Positions 20,780-30,857 of a stretch of DNA of 64,000 nt are shown here, piece after piece. The notes beneath the pieces are model-generated. The model had not been told where the DNA came from. It saw only the letters and a list, made by a program, of their open reading frames with translations, and ran no database searches. The translations under genes were made by a program, and so were the position numbers. This stretch comes from Bacillales bacterium. Its GTDB lineage: Bacteria > Bacillota_I > Bacilli_A > RF39 > UBA660. The stretch spans positions 12,649 to 76,648 of the forward strand of contig JAEEKZ010000007.1 in the NCBI GenBank assembly GCA_016288635.1, given 5' to 3'. The first letter of the stretch is position 1. Each line of letters opens with the position of its first letter.

Positions 20780-20789
20780 TCTCTTTTTT
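20756..20789 (+). terminator. Intrinsic terminator overlapping the stop codon
   Basis: GAGATTGAATC-tagaaa-GATTTAATCTC (11 bp, one G-U pair) followed by T6. Confidence 0.7.
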
Positions 20790-20948
20790 ATAGAATTTAG
20801 TGGGGGAGTTTAAAAAAATGGGGTGTTCTTTTATATATACCATATATAAATATAGTATTTATGATAACCCCTCTTTTAGTTGGTAGGTAATAATGGTTAA
20901 ATTTAACTAAAAATACATATTTTTAATAAGATAGTTAAATTTCTAAAG

Positions 20949-21026
20949 CCCCCTTTCGTACCGACATCTTCGAAAGTGGGAGAGTAACCCCTCTTGTTAT
21001 GTGCGTTATATATATTACGCGCACAT
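20949..21026. other. Two GC-rich hairpins in an AT-rich spacer
   Basis: CCCCCTTTCG-12 nt-CGAAAGTGGG (20949-20980) and ATGTGCG-14 nt-CGCACAT (20999-21026). Confidence 0.5.
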
Positions 21027-21033
21027 GTATTAT

Positions 21034-21098
21034 TACCTTATAAATATAAGGTATTTATTACGTACGCGTATATATCCTTATTTATATATATAATAAGG
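21034..21098. promoter_or_regulatory. Two palindromes sharing the half-site CCTTAT (candidate operators)
   Basis: TACCTTATA-aa-TATAAGGTA (21034-21053) and CCTTATT-tatatatat-AATAAGG (21076-21098). A TATAAT follows at about 21100. Confidence 0.4.
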
Positions 21099-21468
21099 TT
21101 ATAATATACATAATCAAATTTAAATTATGAATTTGAATTTTTGTGTTGTCTGTATTATGCATTTCATACACACATTCATGACAGAAGTGATGCTCAAGTA
21201 ATGAGGCATGACATTCGAGTTATCTAAGCATATTAATGCATCTTTTTAAGATGATATTCAACTACTAATAATTAATATTATGTTAACTTTGTTCTGGGAA
21301 ATATTTCCATTTAATTAGAAATATATAAGTAATTATCTATTCTCTTTTCTTTTTCTCTCTCTATATTTTTATTTATATATTTATGAATTATAATCATTAA
21401 TTTATAATTTTTATAAATCAAGTTTTAATTTTTTATTTAATTTTTTTAAATTTCTTTATTGTATTTAA

Positions 21469-21503
21469 AAATCCATTACTGTTTAGTAATGGATTTTGTT
21501 TTT
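21469..21503. terminator. Bidirectional terminator-like hairpin
   Basis: AAATCCATTACT-gttt-AGTAATGGATTT (12 bp perfect), flanked by an A run on the left and a T-rich run on the right. Confidence 0.6.
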
Positions 21504-21625
21504 ATATTAATCATATTTATATTTATTATTAATCTATTTTGAAGAGTAACTCCCCTTCTCTATTAATTGCATACATTTATTTATATGATGCCTTAAATCG
21601 CTTAAAAACAACTAATTAGAGCATT

Positions 21626-23476
21626 CTAGTTATTGTTTTCTGTTAATTGATACCAATTGCTTTCTAATTCATTTAATTTACTAGTTAAATCCTCTAATTC
21701 TTTATTTAGATTATTTATTTTTTCATATTCATTATAGTTATCTTGGCTATATAGTTCTTCATTTATTTCCTTTATTCTATTAGATACTTTTTCCATTTCT
21801 TTTTCTATTTTTTTAATTGAATTATTATCTTGTTTAATAGATTCTTTTTTTATAGGTTTGTTTGCTTTAATAGTATCTATTTCTTTAGTATTTTTCTTTT
21901 TCTCTATATATTCAGAATAACCATGTCGAAAATGCTCTATATTATTATTTTCAATAACAAGTAGTTCATCTGCTAGTTGGCTAACAAAGTATCTATCATG
22001 ACTTACAAATACTATAGTTTCTGGATAATCTTTTAATATTTTTTCTAGTTTTTCTTTATTTAAAATATCTAAGTGATTAGTTGGTTCATCTAAGAATATT
22101 AAATTAGGTTTAGCAAAGAATATTTCACATAATAATAATCTTACTTTTTCTCCGCCTGATAATACTTTTAATTCTTTATCACTATCCATGCCTGTGAATA
22201 GAAAGGCTCCAAGTGCACTTTTAGCTTCTTCAATAGTTAGATCAGGATATTTATATCTAAATTCTTCTAGAATAGTTCCATCAGTTTCAAATTCAAGATT
22301 CTGATCAAAATAAGCATAGTTAACATTATATCCATAACTGACTGTTCCTTTAAGTGGCTTAATTATCTTACTTAGAGTTTTTAGTAGTGTAGACTTACCT
22401 ATTCCATTTGGGCCAATTATACCTAGTTTTTTACCTCTATCAAGATTAAAACTAATATTACCTAAAGATTTATCATAACCAAATTCTAAGTCTTTAACAC
22501 TTAGTACATCTTTACCTGACTTAGATATGTTCTTATTATCGGTTTTAAAGGTTCTAGAATCGCTTTTTCTGGGTTTGTCGATAATTTGCATTCTCTCAAT
22601 CATTTTGAGTCTAGAAAGTGCCATTTTGGCCTTCTTTGGCTTAGATCTAAATCTTTCATATAGAGCTGTTAATCTTTTAATCTCTTCTTGTTGGAATTTA
22701 TAGTCTTTTAATAGTTTATTATATCTTTCTTCTTTTAATTCTACATACTTTGTATAATTACCTACATACCTAATTGTTTCACCATATTCAATATCATATA
22801 TGACATTAACTATATTATCTAAAAACATTCTATCGTGAGATACCACTATGAATGAGCCTTTATATTTATTTAAATATTCTTCTAGCCATTCAATAGTATT
22901 AATATCTAAGTGATTTGTAGGTTCATCAAGAATTAATAAATCTGGATTAGATAATAATAATTTCATAAAAGATATTTTCATTTTTTCTCCACCAGAGAAA
23001 TTTTTAATTAGTTTAGATTTATCAAGAGTGGAGAATCCAAACTTATTTATCATTACTTCGATGGTTTTCTTATAGCTATATCCCCCACTATTTTCGAAAC
23101 GCTCCATTAATTTTGAATATTCTTTAATGTTATTGTCATTTGTTAAATCTAAAGATAATTTTTCAATCTTTTTTTCTAGAGTTAATAATTCACTAAAGGC
23201 TTCAATTAGTTCCTCATACAATGTCTTATTATCATCAATTTTAACTTGTTCTAAATAGCCTATTTTAAAATTACCAATCTTTTGTATTTCAAATGGCAAA
23301 TCCCCAATACCTTCTCTAAAAGTATTATTAATAATGGCATTTAAAAGAGTTGTTTTACCAGCCCCATTTTTACCAACGATTGCTATATGATCGTTATCAT
23401 TTATTTCAAAATTAACATTTTCTAATATATCATTGCCATCTATTTCAACAGCACCATTTTGTATCCTTAATTTCAT
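21626..23476 (-). CDS. ABC-F family ATPase (two NBDs, no TM domain)
   Basis: Two Walker A motifs (GKNGAGKTT, GPNGIGKST), two LSGGE signatures and a C-terminal coiled coil. Confidence 0.9.
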   Translation of the reverse strand: MKLRIQNGAVEIDGNDILENVNFEINDNDHIAIVGKNGAGKTTLLNAIINNTFREGIGDLPFEIQKIGNFKIGYLEQVKIDDNKTLYEELIEAFSELLTLEKKIEKLSLDLTNDNNIKEYSKLMERFENSGGYSYKKTIEVMINKFGFSTLDKSKLIKNFSGGEKMKISFMKLLLSNPDLLILDEPTNHLDINTIEWLEEYLNKYKGSFIVVSHDRMFLDNIVNVIYDIEYGETIRYVGNYTKYVELKEERYNKLLKDYKFQQEEIKRLTALYERFRSKPKKAKMALSRLKMIERMQIIDKPRKSDSRTFKTDNKNISKSGKDVLSVKDLEFGYDKSLGNISFNLDRGKKLGIIGPNGIGKSTLLKTLSKIIKPLKGTVSYGYNVNYAYFDQNLEFETDGTILEEFRYKYPDLTIEEAKSALGAFLFTGMDSDKELKVLSGGEKVRLLLCEIFFAKPNLIFLDEPTNHLDILNKEKLEKILKDYPETIVFVSHDRYFVSQLADELLVIENNNIEHFRHGYSEYIEKKKNTKEIDTIKANKPIKKESIKQDNNSIKKIEKEMEKVSNRIKEINEELYSQDNYNEYEKINNLNKELEDLTSKLNELESNWYQLTENNN

Positions 23477-23535
23477 ATTAATTTCCTCATTACGTTATTA
23501 TTTTATATAATTACTAAAGTAAAGTCTATATTTAA

Positions 23536-23566
23536 TAAAAAAATAGTTTAAATTAATAAACTATTT
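23536..23566 (-). terminator. Intrinsic terminator of map
   Basis: On the minus strand, AAATAGTTTA-ttaatt-TAAACTATTT followed by T8. Confidence 0.75.
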
Positions 23567-24320
23567 AATCATCTAATCTTGGAGTTAGTATTTCATATCC
23601 AGTATCTGTAACTAGTACTGTGTGTTCATAATGCGCAGCATCTAGACCATCCGCTGTGATAACTGTCCAACCATCACTTAATAGATATACTTTTTCTCCC
23701 CCGAAGGTTAACATGGGTTCAATACATATAACCATTCCTGGCTTTAATCTAGGCCCAGAATTTTTACTACCAAAGTTAGGTACATCTGGTTCTTCATGCA
23801 TTTCTGTACCTATTCCATGTCCACATAATTCTCTTACTATTCCTAAATTATGTTTTTTAGCGTATTTTTCTATGGCATTAGAGATATCACCCACTCTATT
23901 ACCTGGCTTAACCATCTTTAATCCTTCATATAGTGCTTTTTCTGTATGTTCCATTAGATATTTCTTATCTTCATCTATTTCTCCTACAGCATATGTCCAG
24001 GCTGCATCTCCTTGATATCCTTTATAACCTATTACAACATCTATGGTAATAATATCGCCATTTTTTAATTTAGTTTTGCCAGGTATTCCGTGAACAACTT
24101 GATTATTAACACTTGTACATAAAGCGCATGGAAATCCTTCGTATCCTTTACATGTAGGAACCCCGCCATTTTCTATGATGAAATCTTCACATAGTTTATC
24201 TAACTCTTTTGTTGTTATTCCTTCTTTAATAAATGGTTTTATATATTTATGCATTAATGATACAAGCATACCAGCTTTTCTCATTAATTCTATTTCTTCT
24301 TCACTTTTTATGGTAATCAT
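23565..24320 (-). CDS. map: Type I methionine aminopeptidase
   Basis: Metal-ligand blocks (DIVIGYKGYQGD, HGIGTEMHEEP, EPML, EHT). Confidence 0.95.
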   Translation of the reverse strand: MITIKSEEEIELMRKAGMLVSLMHKYIKPFIKEGITTKELDKLCEDFIIENGGVPTCKGYEGFPCALCTSVNNQVVHGIPGKTKLKNGDIITIDVVIGYKGYQGDAAWTYAVGEIDEDKKYLMEHTEKALYEGLKMVKPGNRVGDISNAIEKYAKKHNLGIVRELCGHGIGTEMHEEPDVPNFGSKNSGPRLKPGMVICIEPMLTFGGEKVYLLSDGWTVITADGLDAAHYEHTVLVTDTGYEILTPRLDD

Positions 24321-24462
24321 TTTTGCCTCCTTTTTAATTTTATCACAAATAAAAAAAATCTTAAATTTAATATTAAGATTTAGCGTAAAATATTTGATGT
24401 TATACCACTTGAATAAGAAGTAAAAATATGGTAAATTAGTTTCATTGAAAGTGGTGATTGTA

Positions 24463-24579
24463 ATGTCAAAATCAAAGAAGAAAAAAATAGCTGGTAAAGT
24501 GTTTGTATGGTTATGTCTATTATTATTTATAGTAAGTTCTATTGGTACAATAATTGCTTATTATGTTAATACTAGATAG
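24463..24579 (+). CDS. Possible 38-aa single-TM peptide
   Basis: ATG follows GGTGA. The product MSKSKKKKIAGKVFVWLCLLLFIVSSIGTIIAYYVNTR has a basic N-terminus and one TM. It is below the track size cutoff and has no further support. Confidence 0.3.
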   Translation: MSKSKKKKIAGKVFVWLCLLLFIVSSIGTIIAYYVNTR

Positions 24580-25357
24580 AAAACAATAGTATTAAAATAT
24601 TATTAAATTTTTCAAAATAAACGAAGACTATAAATAAGGCCCCTACTAAGAATGGACCGAATGGTACTTCGTTATTTTTTGTGATTAAAAGTGAAGCTAC
24701 AGAAACTGGAAGAGCTAGGAAAGCAGATAATATTATGGCAATAAATGACATTTTAATGCCAAGTATCATACCTAATACAAAGGAAAACTTTATATCTCCT
24801 CCACCAAGGGCTTCTTTTTTAAATATCTTAGAACATACAGTCCCAAAGATGTACATTATTGCAAATATTAATAAACCTGTTCCAACTGATTTTAAAGCCC
24901 CAATAAAGCCTAAACTATACCATTTAATTATAAATACTAATATTGATGATATTACTAATGGTGAATCAAGAATCATTAAGTATTTAAAGTCAGTTATAAA
25001 GATAATTACTACTAAACTAGCTATTATTAATCCTATGAAAGTATTTGTAGTAAAACCTAATGTAGTTGCAGGATTATAGAATGAATAATATATAAAGGCA
25101 AATATTATACCAGTAAACATTTCTATTAAGAAATTAATTGATGGTATTTTGCATTTACATATTGGGCATTTTCTTAAGAATAAATAAGAAAAAAGTGGTA
25201 TCAACTGATACCACTTTAATATTGCTTTACAATTGTCGCAGTGAGATCTTGATACTAATACGTCTTCATTCTTTGGTAATCTTGTTGCAATAACGAGATA
25301 AAATGATCCCATTATTGCTCCAAAATAGAACAATATAATCATCATAGATATCAACAT
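24572..25357 (-). CDS. pilD: Prepilin peptidase (A24 family, PilD/ComC)
   Basis: CDNC...CPIC zinc motif, ITDFKYLMILD and GGGDIKF aspartate blocks. The start was moved to the ATG 6 nt after AGGAGG (MLISMM). Confidence 0.85.
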   Translation of the reverse strand: MLISMMIILFYFGAIMGSFYLVIATRLPKNEDVLVSRSHCDNCKAILKWYQLIPLFSYLFLRKCPICKCKIPSINFLIEMFTGIIFAFIYYSFYNPATTLGFTTNTFIGLIIASLVVIIFITDFKYLMILDSPLVISSILVFIIKWYSLGFIGALKSVGTGLLIFAIMYIFGTVCSKIFKKEALGGGDIKFSFVLGMILGIKMSFIAIILSAFLALPVSVASLLITKNNEVPFGPFLVGALFIVFVYFEKFNNILILLFSI

Positions 25358-25370
25358 CTCAAACCTCCTA

Positions 25371-26903
25371 TTACATATTAACGTTGTTGTACATTTCAAA
25401 CATTGGAACTAGGATTGCTAATACAATTATACCAACTATTATAGTTAAGAATACGATAATAACTGGTTCTAGGAATGTTTTTAAGTTTCCAACAATTGCT
25501 TTGTGTTCTTTTGAATAGTAATCCGAAACCTTAGCCATCATTGTAGCTAATTGACCAGTAGACTCACCTGTTACAATCATATAATATGCTATATCAGGAA
25601 CAGCCCAGTGATTTCTAAACGCTTCAGATATCTTATCACCTTTAATGATATTATTAATTGTTTTAAATAATATTGCTTTATATACTTCGTTTGTAGTAAT
25701 CTTACTCAAAATATCTACACTCTCTGTAATATATACGTTATTCTTTAACAAAGATGCAAATGTTTTTGAGAAAATTGTTAATTCGTTATAGATTAATACG
25801 TTTTTAAATAATGGTAAATGCATTAATCCCATTTGTACCATTACCTTAAATCCTTTGATGTATTTATATAATGAAACAAATATACCAACTATTACACCAA
25901 TTATCGCTATTATATAGAACCAATTGGCTTTCAGGAAGTCACTGGCGTCAAATACTACTTTAGTAAGACCTCCAATTTCCATTCCGTTTCCATCATAAAT
26001 ACCTCTAAATTGAGGAACTACATATACACAGATGAATACTGATACACCTATTGCAAATACAGATATTAATGCTGGATATGTAATAGCACTAATCATAGCT
26101 TTCTTAGTATCATTTAATTCTGTGTAGTAATTTGACATATCTTCTAGTGTTTCTTCCAAAGTACCACTGGCTTCTGCAGCCTTAACCATATTAATTAACA
26201 ATGGTGGGAACATATCCCCTTGTTTCTTCATGGCTTCTGAGAAAGTTTCACCAATTGATAACTCATAACTTAAACTCTTAAATGCGTTTTCTACAGCTTT
26301 ATTTGTTCTCATTTGAGTTGTTAAGATTCTAACTCCTTCGTTTAATGTAATACCTGCTCTTAAATAAGTAGTTAACTGTGTTAACCAGAAGATTAATTCT
26401 TTTGTCTTTAATCTTGGAGCAAATACTTTACCATATACGAATTCGATTTGTTTAGATGTCTCAATTGAGAATACTTTATATCCTTCACTAACTAGGAATG
26501 TATTAATATCAACTTTTGATGTTCCTTTAATGGATCCTGTTATTAATTTACCTTGTGGATTTAAAGCCCTAAACTGGAATGTATGCGGTTCTGCAGTTCT
26601 TAGCGCTCCAGCACCTTTTAAGTCTTGAACTAATGCCGCTTGTTGTTGTTCCAACTCTTTCATCTTAGTAGCATTAATTTTTTGAGGCTTAACCTCTTTT
26701 TGTTTTCCTCTAATAGCTTCATACATGAATTCGCTATCATCAATGTGACTATTATAATAACTTATTCCATCTTTAATTTTGGCTTTTGTTACTAAGAATA
26801 GTGCAATCCACATTTCAAAAAAGACGAACTTTGCCCCAGTAACTAAGTATTTACCAAGTGCTAACGGGAAAAAATCCATTATAGTTTTCTTTGCTGTATC
26901 CAC
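25371..26903 (-). CDS. pilC: Type IV pilus/T2SS platform protein (GspF/PilC family) with ~105-aa N-terminal extension
   Basis: Two GspF repeats. The canonical N-terminal block F.F.A....G....G begins near residue 108 (HTFQFRALNPQGKLITGSIKG). A GTG start follows AAAGGTGA. Confidence 0.8.
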   Translation of the reverse strand: MDTAKKTIMDFFPLALGKYLVTGAKFVFFEMWIALFLVTKAKIKDGISYYNSHIDDSEFMYEAIRGKQKEVKPQKINATKMKELEQQQAALVQDLKGAGALRTAEPHTFQFRALNPQGKLITGSIKGTSKVDINTFLVSEGYKVFSIETSKQIEFVYGKVFAPRLKTKELIFWLTQLTTYLRAGITLNEGVRILTTQMRTNKAVENAFKSLSYELSIGETFSEAMKKQGDMFPPLLINMVKAAEASGTLEETLEDMSNYYTELNDTKKAMISAITYPALISVFAIGVSVFICVYVVPQFRGIYDGNGMEIGGLTKVVFDASDFLKANWFYIIAIIGVIVGIFVSLYKYIKGFKVMVQMGLMHLPLFKNVLIYNELTIFSKTFASLLKNNVYITESVDILSKITTNEVYKAILFKTINNIIKGDKISEAFRNHWAVPDIAYYMIVTGESTGQLATMMAKVSDYYSKEHKAIVGNLKTFLEPVIIVFLTIIVGIIVLAILVPMFEMYNNVNM

Positions 26904-26939
26904 AAAATCACCTTTTCTACTTTTAATATCTTCTTATAC

Positions 26940-26968
26940 ATTATAATATATATTAAACGTAAATTCAA
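26940..26968 (-). promoter_or_regulatory. sigmaA-type promoter TTGAAT-17-TATAAT for pilC-pilD
   Basis: On the minus strand, -35 at 26968-26963 and -10 at 26945-26940. Confidence 0.6.
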
Positions 26969-27014
26969 TTTATTAATTAAAATTTTTACATTAAAATTAC
27001 TACTTTTTAATAAT

Positions 27015-27046
27015 AAAAAAAGTTAGTACTATATTTAATACTAACT
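27015..27046 (-). terminator. Intrinsic terminator after trmK
   Basis: AGTTAGTA-10 nt-TACTAACT followed by T7 on the minus strand. Confidence 0.7.
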
Positions 27047-27672
27047 TAACATTTCTTTAGTAAATCATTTATTTGATTTAGTTGTCTTTTTATTTCGTTA
27101 TTTTTATCTTCTGGAACATTTTTTATTATTTTTTCAAACTTTGTTTTTAAATGGTTTAAGTAAGATTTATCGTAAGAAATTCCAAAGTGCAATTCTGAAT
27201 CATTTAATATTTGATTTCCTTTTACAAATTTGATAATTGAATAATAAATTTTACCTTCATAAACGATTATTTCTTTTTCAATTTTGTAACCATTATCATT
27301 AAAAAATTTTCTTAATTCATATAAATCATTGTTTGATTGAATAATATATGTATCTAAGAATAAATTTTTATTTAAGATTTTTTTTATGGTTTCTGTTCCC
27401 ATTCCTGAGATCGTTATTACATTATAATCTTTGGGAATATCTTTTATTCCATCTGTCAAAAAGGTTTTTATTTTACCTGATAAGCTATATTTATTGATGT
27501 TTGATATTGCTTGAAGAATTGCCCCTTCTGCAATGTCTGATGCATATACATATTTAGCAATTTTGTTTTTTATTAAGTATATTGGTAAATATGCATGATC
27601 AGTACCTATATCTAAAACAAAAGCATCATTAGGAACTAATGATGCAATAGCTTCAATTCTTTTTAAAGCCAT
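27046..27672 (-). CDS. trmK: tRNA (adenine22-N1)-methyltransferase TrmK (YqfN)
   Basis: VLDIGTDHAYLPIYL motif. Position after rpoD as in Bacillus. Confidence 0.8.
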   Translation of the reverse strand: MALKRIEAIASLVPNDAFVLDIGTDHAYLPIYLIKNKIAKYVYASDIAEGAILQAISNINKYSLSGKIKTFLTDGIKDIPKDYNVITISGMGTETIKKILNKNLFLDTYIIQSNNDLYELRKFFNDNGYKIEKEIIVYEGKIYYSIIKFVKGNQILNDSELHFGISYDKSYLNHLKTKFEKIIKNVPEDKNNEIKRQLNQINDLLKKC

Positions 27673-29009
27673 TATCCCTCCATGAAGTCTTTTAATTTTT
27701 TTGCTCTAGAAGGATGTCTCAATTTTCTCAAGGCTTTTGCTTCAATTTGTCTAATTCTTTCTCTTGTTACATTAAATTTCTTTCCAACTTCTTCAAGAGT
27801 ATGACAAGTACCATCTTTTAAACCAAATCTTAATTCTAGAACTTCTTGTTCTCTTGGTTGTAATGATGCTAATACTTCTTTTATTTCTTCTTTTAATATT
27901 TCATTTTCAGTATACTCTTCTGGAGATAAACTTGATTCATCTTTTAAGAATTCACCTAAATGTGAATCATCTTCTTCACCAATTGGAGTTTCTAGAGATA
28001 CTGGATCTTGACTTATTTTCATTACATCTCTAACTTTATCTACACCAATACCCATTTTCTTAGCTATTTCTTCTTCAGTTGGTTCTCTATTTAATTCAAG
28101 AGTTAATTGTCTTTGAATTCTAGCCATTTTATTAATTGTTTCTACCATGTGAACTGGTACACGAATTGTTCTAGCTTGGTCTGCTAGTGCACGAGTAATT
28201 GCTTGTCTAATCCACCATGTTGCATATGTAGAAAATTTATATCCTTTGTAATAATCAAATTTATCTACGGCTTTCATTAAACCAATGTTACCTTCTTGAA
28301 TTAAATCAAGGAATAATAATCCACGTCCAACGTATCTTTTAGCAATTGATACTACAAGACGTAGGTTTGATTCAGCAAGTAATCTTTTTGCTTCTTCATC
28401 GCCTTGTGCAGAACGAATACTTAAATTCATTTCTTCTTCCATTGTTAGAAGAGGAATTTTACCTATCTCTTTTAAGTACATTCTTACTGGATCGTTAATA
28501 TTTACGTCTTTAGTTATATCTTCATCACTTAGCAATGTAGGTTCTTCTAAATCACTAAGGTTTGGTTCTTCAGATAAATTCTTATCACTTTCATTTATTG
28601 CTGGAATATTATTTTCCATTAAGAAATTATATAAATTACCTAATACGTCATTTAGTAAATCATTATCTATATTGTATTTTTTTAATGTATCCGCTAAGTA
28701 TTCAAATGTAATATATCCGTCTTTTTTACCAGTTTCTAATAACTCGTTTTTAATATCATCTAATTGACTGTTATCATTTATTTCACTTGCTTCTACATCA
28801 TTAATTTCTAAATCTAAATCTTCAATTGTCTCTTCAGTTGGAGTTTCTTCTATTTTTTTCTTAGTAGTTTTCTTTTTTGTTTCTTTTTTCTCTACTTCTT
28901 TTATTTCTTCTTTATTTTTCTTTTTTGTTTTTTTCTTTGGTTTTTCTACAACTAGTTCTTCGATAGTTGATTCTTCTATATTTGTTTCTTTTTTAGTCGC
29001 CTTTTTCAT
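27672..29009 (-). CDS. rpoD: Primary RNA polymerase sigma factor
   Basis: Regions 1.2, 2, 3 and 4 ([13 protein letters not shown]; [20 protein letters not shown]). Lys/Glu-rich N-terminus. The start was placed at the 4th codon of the track ORF. Confidence 0.95.
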   Translation of the reverse strand: MKKATKKETNIEESTIEELVVEKPKKKTKKKNKEEIKEVEKKETKKKTTKKKIEETPTEETIEDLDLEINDVEASEINDNSQLDDIKNELLETGKKDGYITFEYLADTLKKYNIDNDLLNDVLGNLYNFLMENNIPAINESDKNLSEEPNLSDLEEPTLLSDEDITKDVNINDPVRMYLKEIGKIPLLTMEEEMNLSIRSAQGDEEAKRLLAESNLRLVVSIAKRYVGRGLLFLDLIQEGNIGLMKAVDKFDYYKGYKFSTYATWWIRQAITRALADQARTIRVPVHMVETINKMARIQRQLTLELNREPTEEEIAKKMGIGVDKVRDVMKISQDPVSLETPIGEEDDSHLGEFLKDESSLSPEEYTENEILKEEIKEVLASLQPREQEVLELRFGLKDGTCHTLEEVGKKFNVTRERIRQIEAKALRKLRHPSRAKKLKDFMEG

Positions 29010-30759
29010 TATCCACACATCCTTTTTTTAATTTAGCCAATTTTTCAATTAATTTTACTTTGGCATCAATATCCATTTCGGATTTTACTTGTTTCTTGGT
29101 CTTTTCTAGTTCGATTTTGTTCATTTCTTTTTTCATAAGAGAAATGTACTCAATAAATGAATCATAATTAAGTTCTTCATCATTATTTTCATTTAAACAT
29201 TCATTTACCATCTCGGATAACTCTTGATTACCATTTATGTGAGTAATAAAATCTGCCAAAAAAACATCTTGATTATTCTTGTAAAAATAATTTATCTCAT
29301 TAAAGAGCTCCCTTTCCTTCTTTTCTTCAAAGTACCCAATTTCTTGTCTAAAAACATTAATATATTTTACACCATTTAGCAAATAAAACAAGATTTTTTT
29401 GCATAAAATGTCATATTTACTACGTTTTTTTGAAATATTCGTTCGCCTTTTTTGATCTAAAGAATCTATTCTTTTTTCAGATACTAAATTATTTCTTAAT
29501 TCATTTTTAATTATTTCGACACTTACAGTGGTGTTATTTTCTAATTTAGATAGGATAACATCTTGTGTAACAGCATCTACTGATTTAAGAAGTTTAGCTA
29601 CTTCTTTAATAAAATCGGCAACATCAATTGAACTATTGAAGTTAGTGTTGCTAATTAAATAGTTTATTTTAAAGTCTACAAAAGTGGTGGCATTATTTAT
29701 ATTACTTATTAATGCTTCTACCCCATTGCCTCTTATATACTCATCTGGATCTTTATATCCAGTTAATCTTACAACTTTTGTTTCTATGCCATAATTATGT
29801 AATAATTCACCATTTTTTAGTGTGGCATTTAATCCTGCTGCATCATTATCTAGCATAACTATTACGGGTATATTTAATTTTTTAAAGACATCTAAATGGA
29901 ATTTGGTTAGACTTGTACCTTGTAATGCTACAACGTTTTTAATGCCACTAGCAAACATCTTTATTGCGTCCATATTTCCTTCTACGACAATAATTTGTTT
30001 TTCTTGTTTTGCATAGTTTTTTGCTTTATCAAAGTTAAAGATTATTTCGCTTTTTTTGAATATTACTGTTTCTTTTGAATTAACATATTTTGCTTGATCT
30101 TCATTGTGATATATTCTTCCTGTAAAACCTACTACTTGACCATTAATGTTTTTTATAGGAATCATTATTCTATTTAAGAATGTGTCGTAAACATCCACCC
30201 CATTTTTATTAACTAAACCTATATTATCAATGGTTTGCAAGTCTACTCCTTGTTTAGTTAAAAAATCATATAAAGATGTTCTATTTTGAGTAGATAAACC
30301 TATTTCAAATTCTTTAATTATTTCATCATCTATGCCACGATCTAATAAATATTTCTTTGCTTCTACCCCATTCTTGGTATTAAGATTGTTTAAGTAGAAT
30401 TTGCAGGCTAAATCCATTGTTTCAAATTCTTTTTTATATGTTTCTGATTTAGCATTTTTATTATTATATTTAAAATCTATTCCTACTTTATCTGCGACAG
30501 TTTTAACTGCCTCAAGAAATCCAACCCCTTGATAATCCATGATAAAACTAAAGACATTTCCACCTTTATTACATGCAAAACAATTAAATATTTGTTTATC
30601 TTTTGATACTGTAAAGCTTGGGGTTCTTTCTTGACCACTTTTATGAAAAGGACAAGGTGCTACATAATTATTTCCTTTTTTTGTTAGAGGAATGTAATCG
30701 GAAATAATATCTACAATATTAGCGGCTTGTCTAATTGCTTCTATTTCTTCGTTGCGCAT
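28993..30759 (-). CDS. dnaG: DNA primase
   Basis: Zinc finger [16 protein letters not shown]...CFAC and TOPRIM (VVEGNMD, DNDAAG). The start was placed at MRNEEIEAI. Confidence 0.95.
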   Translation of the reverse strand: MRNEEIEAIRQAANIVDIISDYIPLTKKGNNYVAPCPFHKSGQERTPSFTVSKDKQIFNCFACNKGGNVFSFIMDYQGVGFLEAVKTVADKVGIDFKYNNKNAKSETYKKEFETMDLACKFYLNNLNTKNGVEAKKYLLDRGIDDEIIKEFEIGLSTQNRTSLYDFLTKQGVDLQTIDNIGLVNKNGVDVYDTFLNRIMIPIKNINGQVVGFTGRIYHNEDQAKYVNSKETVIFKKSEIIFNFDKAKNYAKQEKQIIVVEGNMDAIKMFASGIKNVVALQGTSLTKFHLDVFKKLNIPVIVMLDNDAAGLNATLKNGELLHNYGIETKVVRLTGYKDPDEYIRGNGVEALISNINNATTFVDFKINYLISNTNFNSSIDVADFIKEVAKLLKSVDAVTQDVILSKLENNTTVSVEIIKNELRNNLVSEKRIDSLDQKRRTNISKKRSKYDILCKKILFYLLNGVKYINVFRQEIGYFEEKKERELFNEINYFYKNNQDVFLADFITHINGNQELSEMVNECLNENNDEELNYDSFIEYISLMKKEMNKIELEKTKKQVKSEMDIDAKVKLIEKLAKLKKGCVDNEKGD

Positions 30760-30830
30760 ACTTCTTATTCCTTTCAAGTCATTTGATTACATTATACAAA
30801 ATTATTGCTAAAAATTAAATAGATAATGCA

Positions 30831-30857
30831 AATAAAAAAGTATGAAATTCATACTTT
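30831..30857 (-). terminator. Intrinsic terminator ending the rnfC-like to lipoprotein operon
   Basis: On the minus strand, AAGTATGAA/TTCATACTT hairpin followed by T6. Confidence 0.7.

Noticed and set aside
21341-21362. Complementarity between the polypyrimidine tract here and the purine-rich core (AGAGAAAGAAAAC) of the tandem sRNAs
   Set aside because: Only about 9 contiguous complementary nucleotides (CUCUAUAU context) in low-complexity sequence. This is not distinguishable from chance without a genome-wide target prediction.
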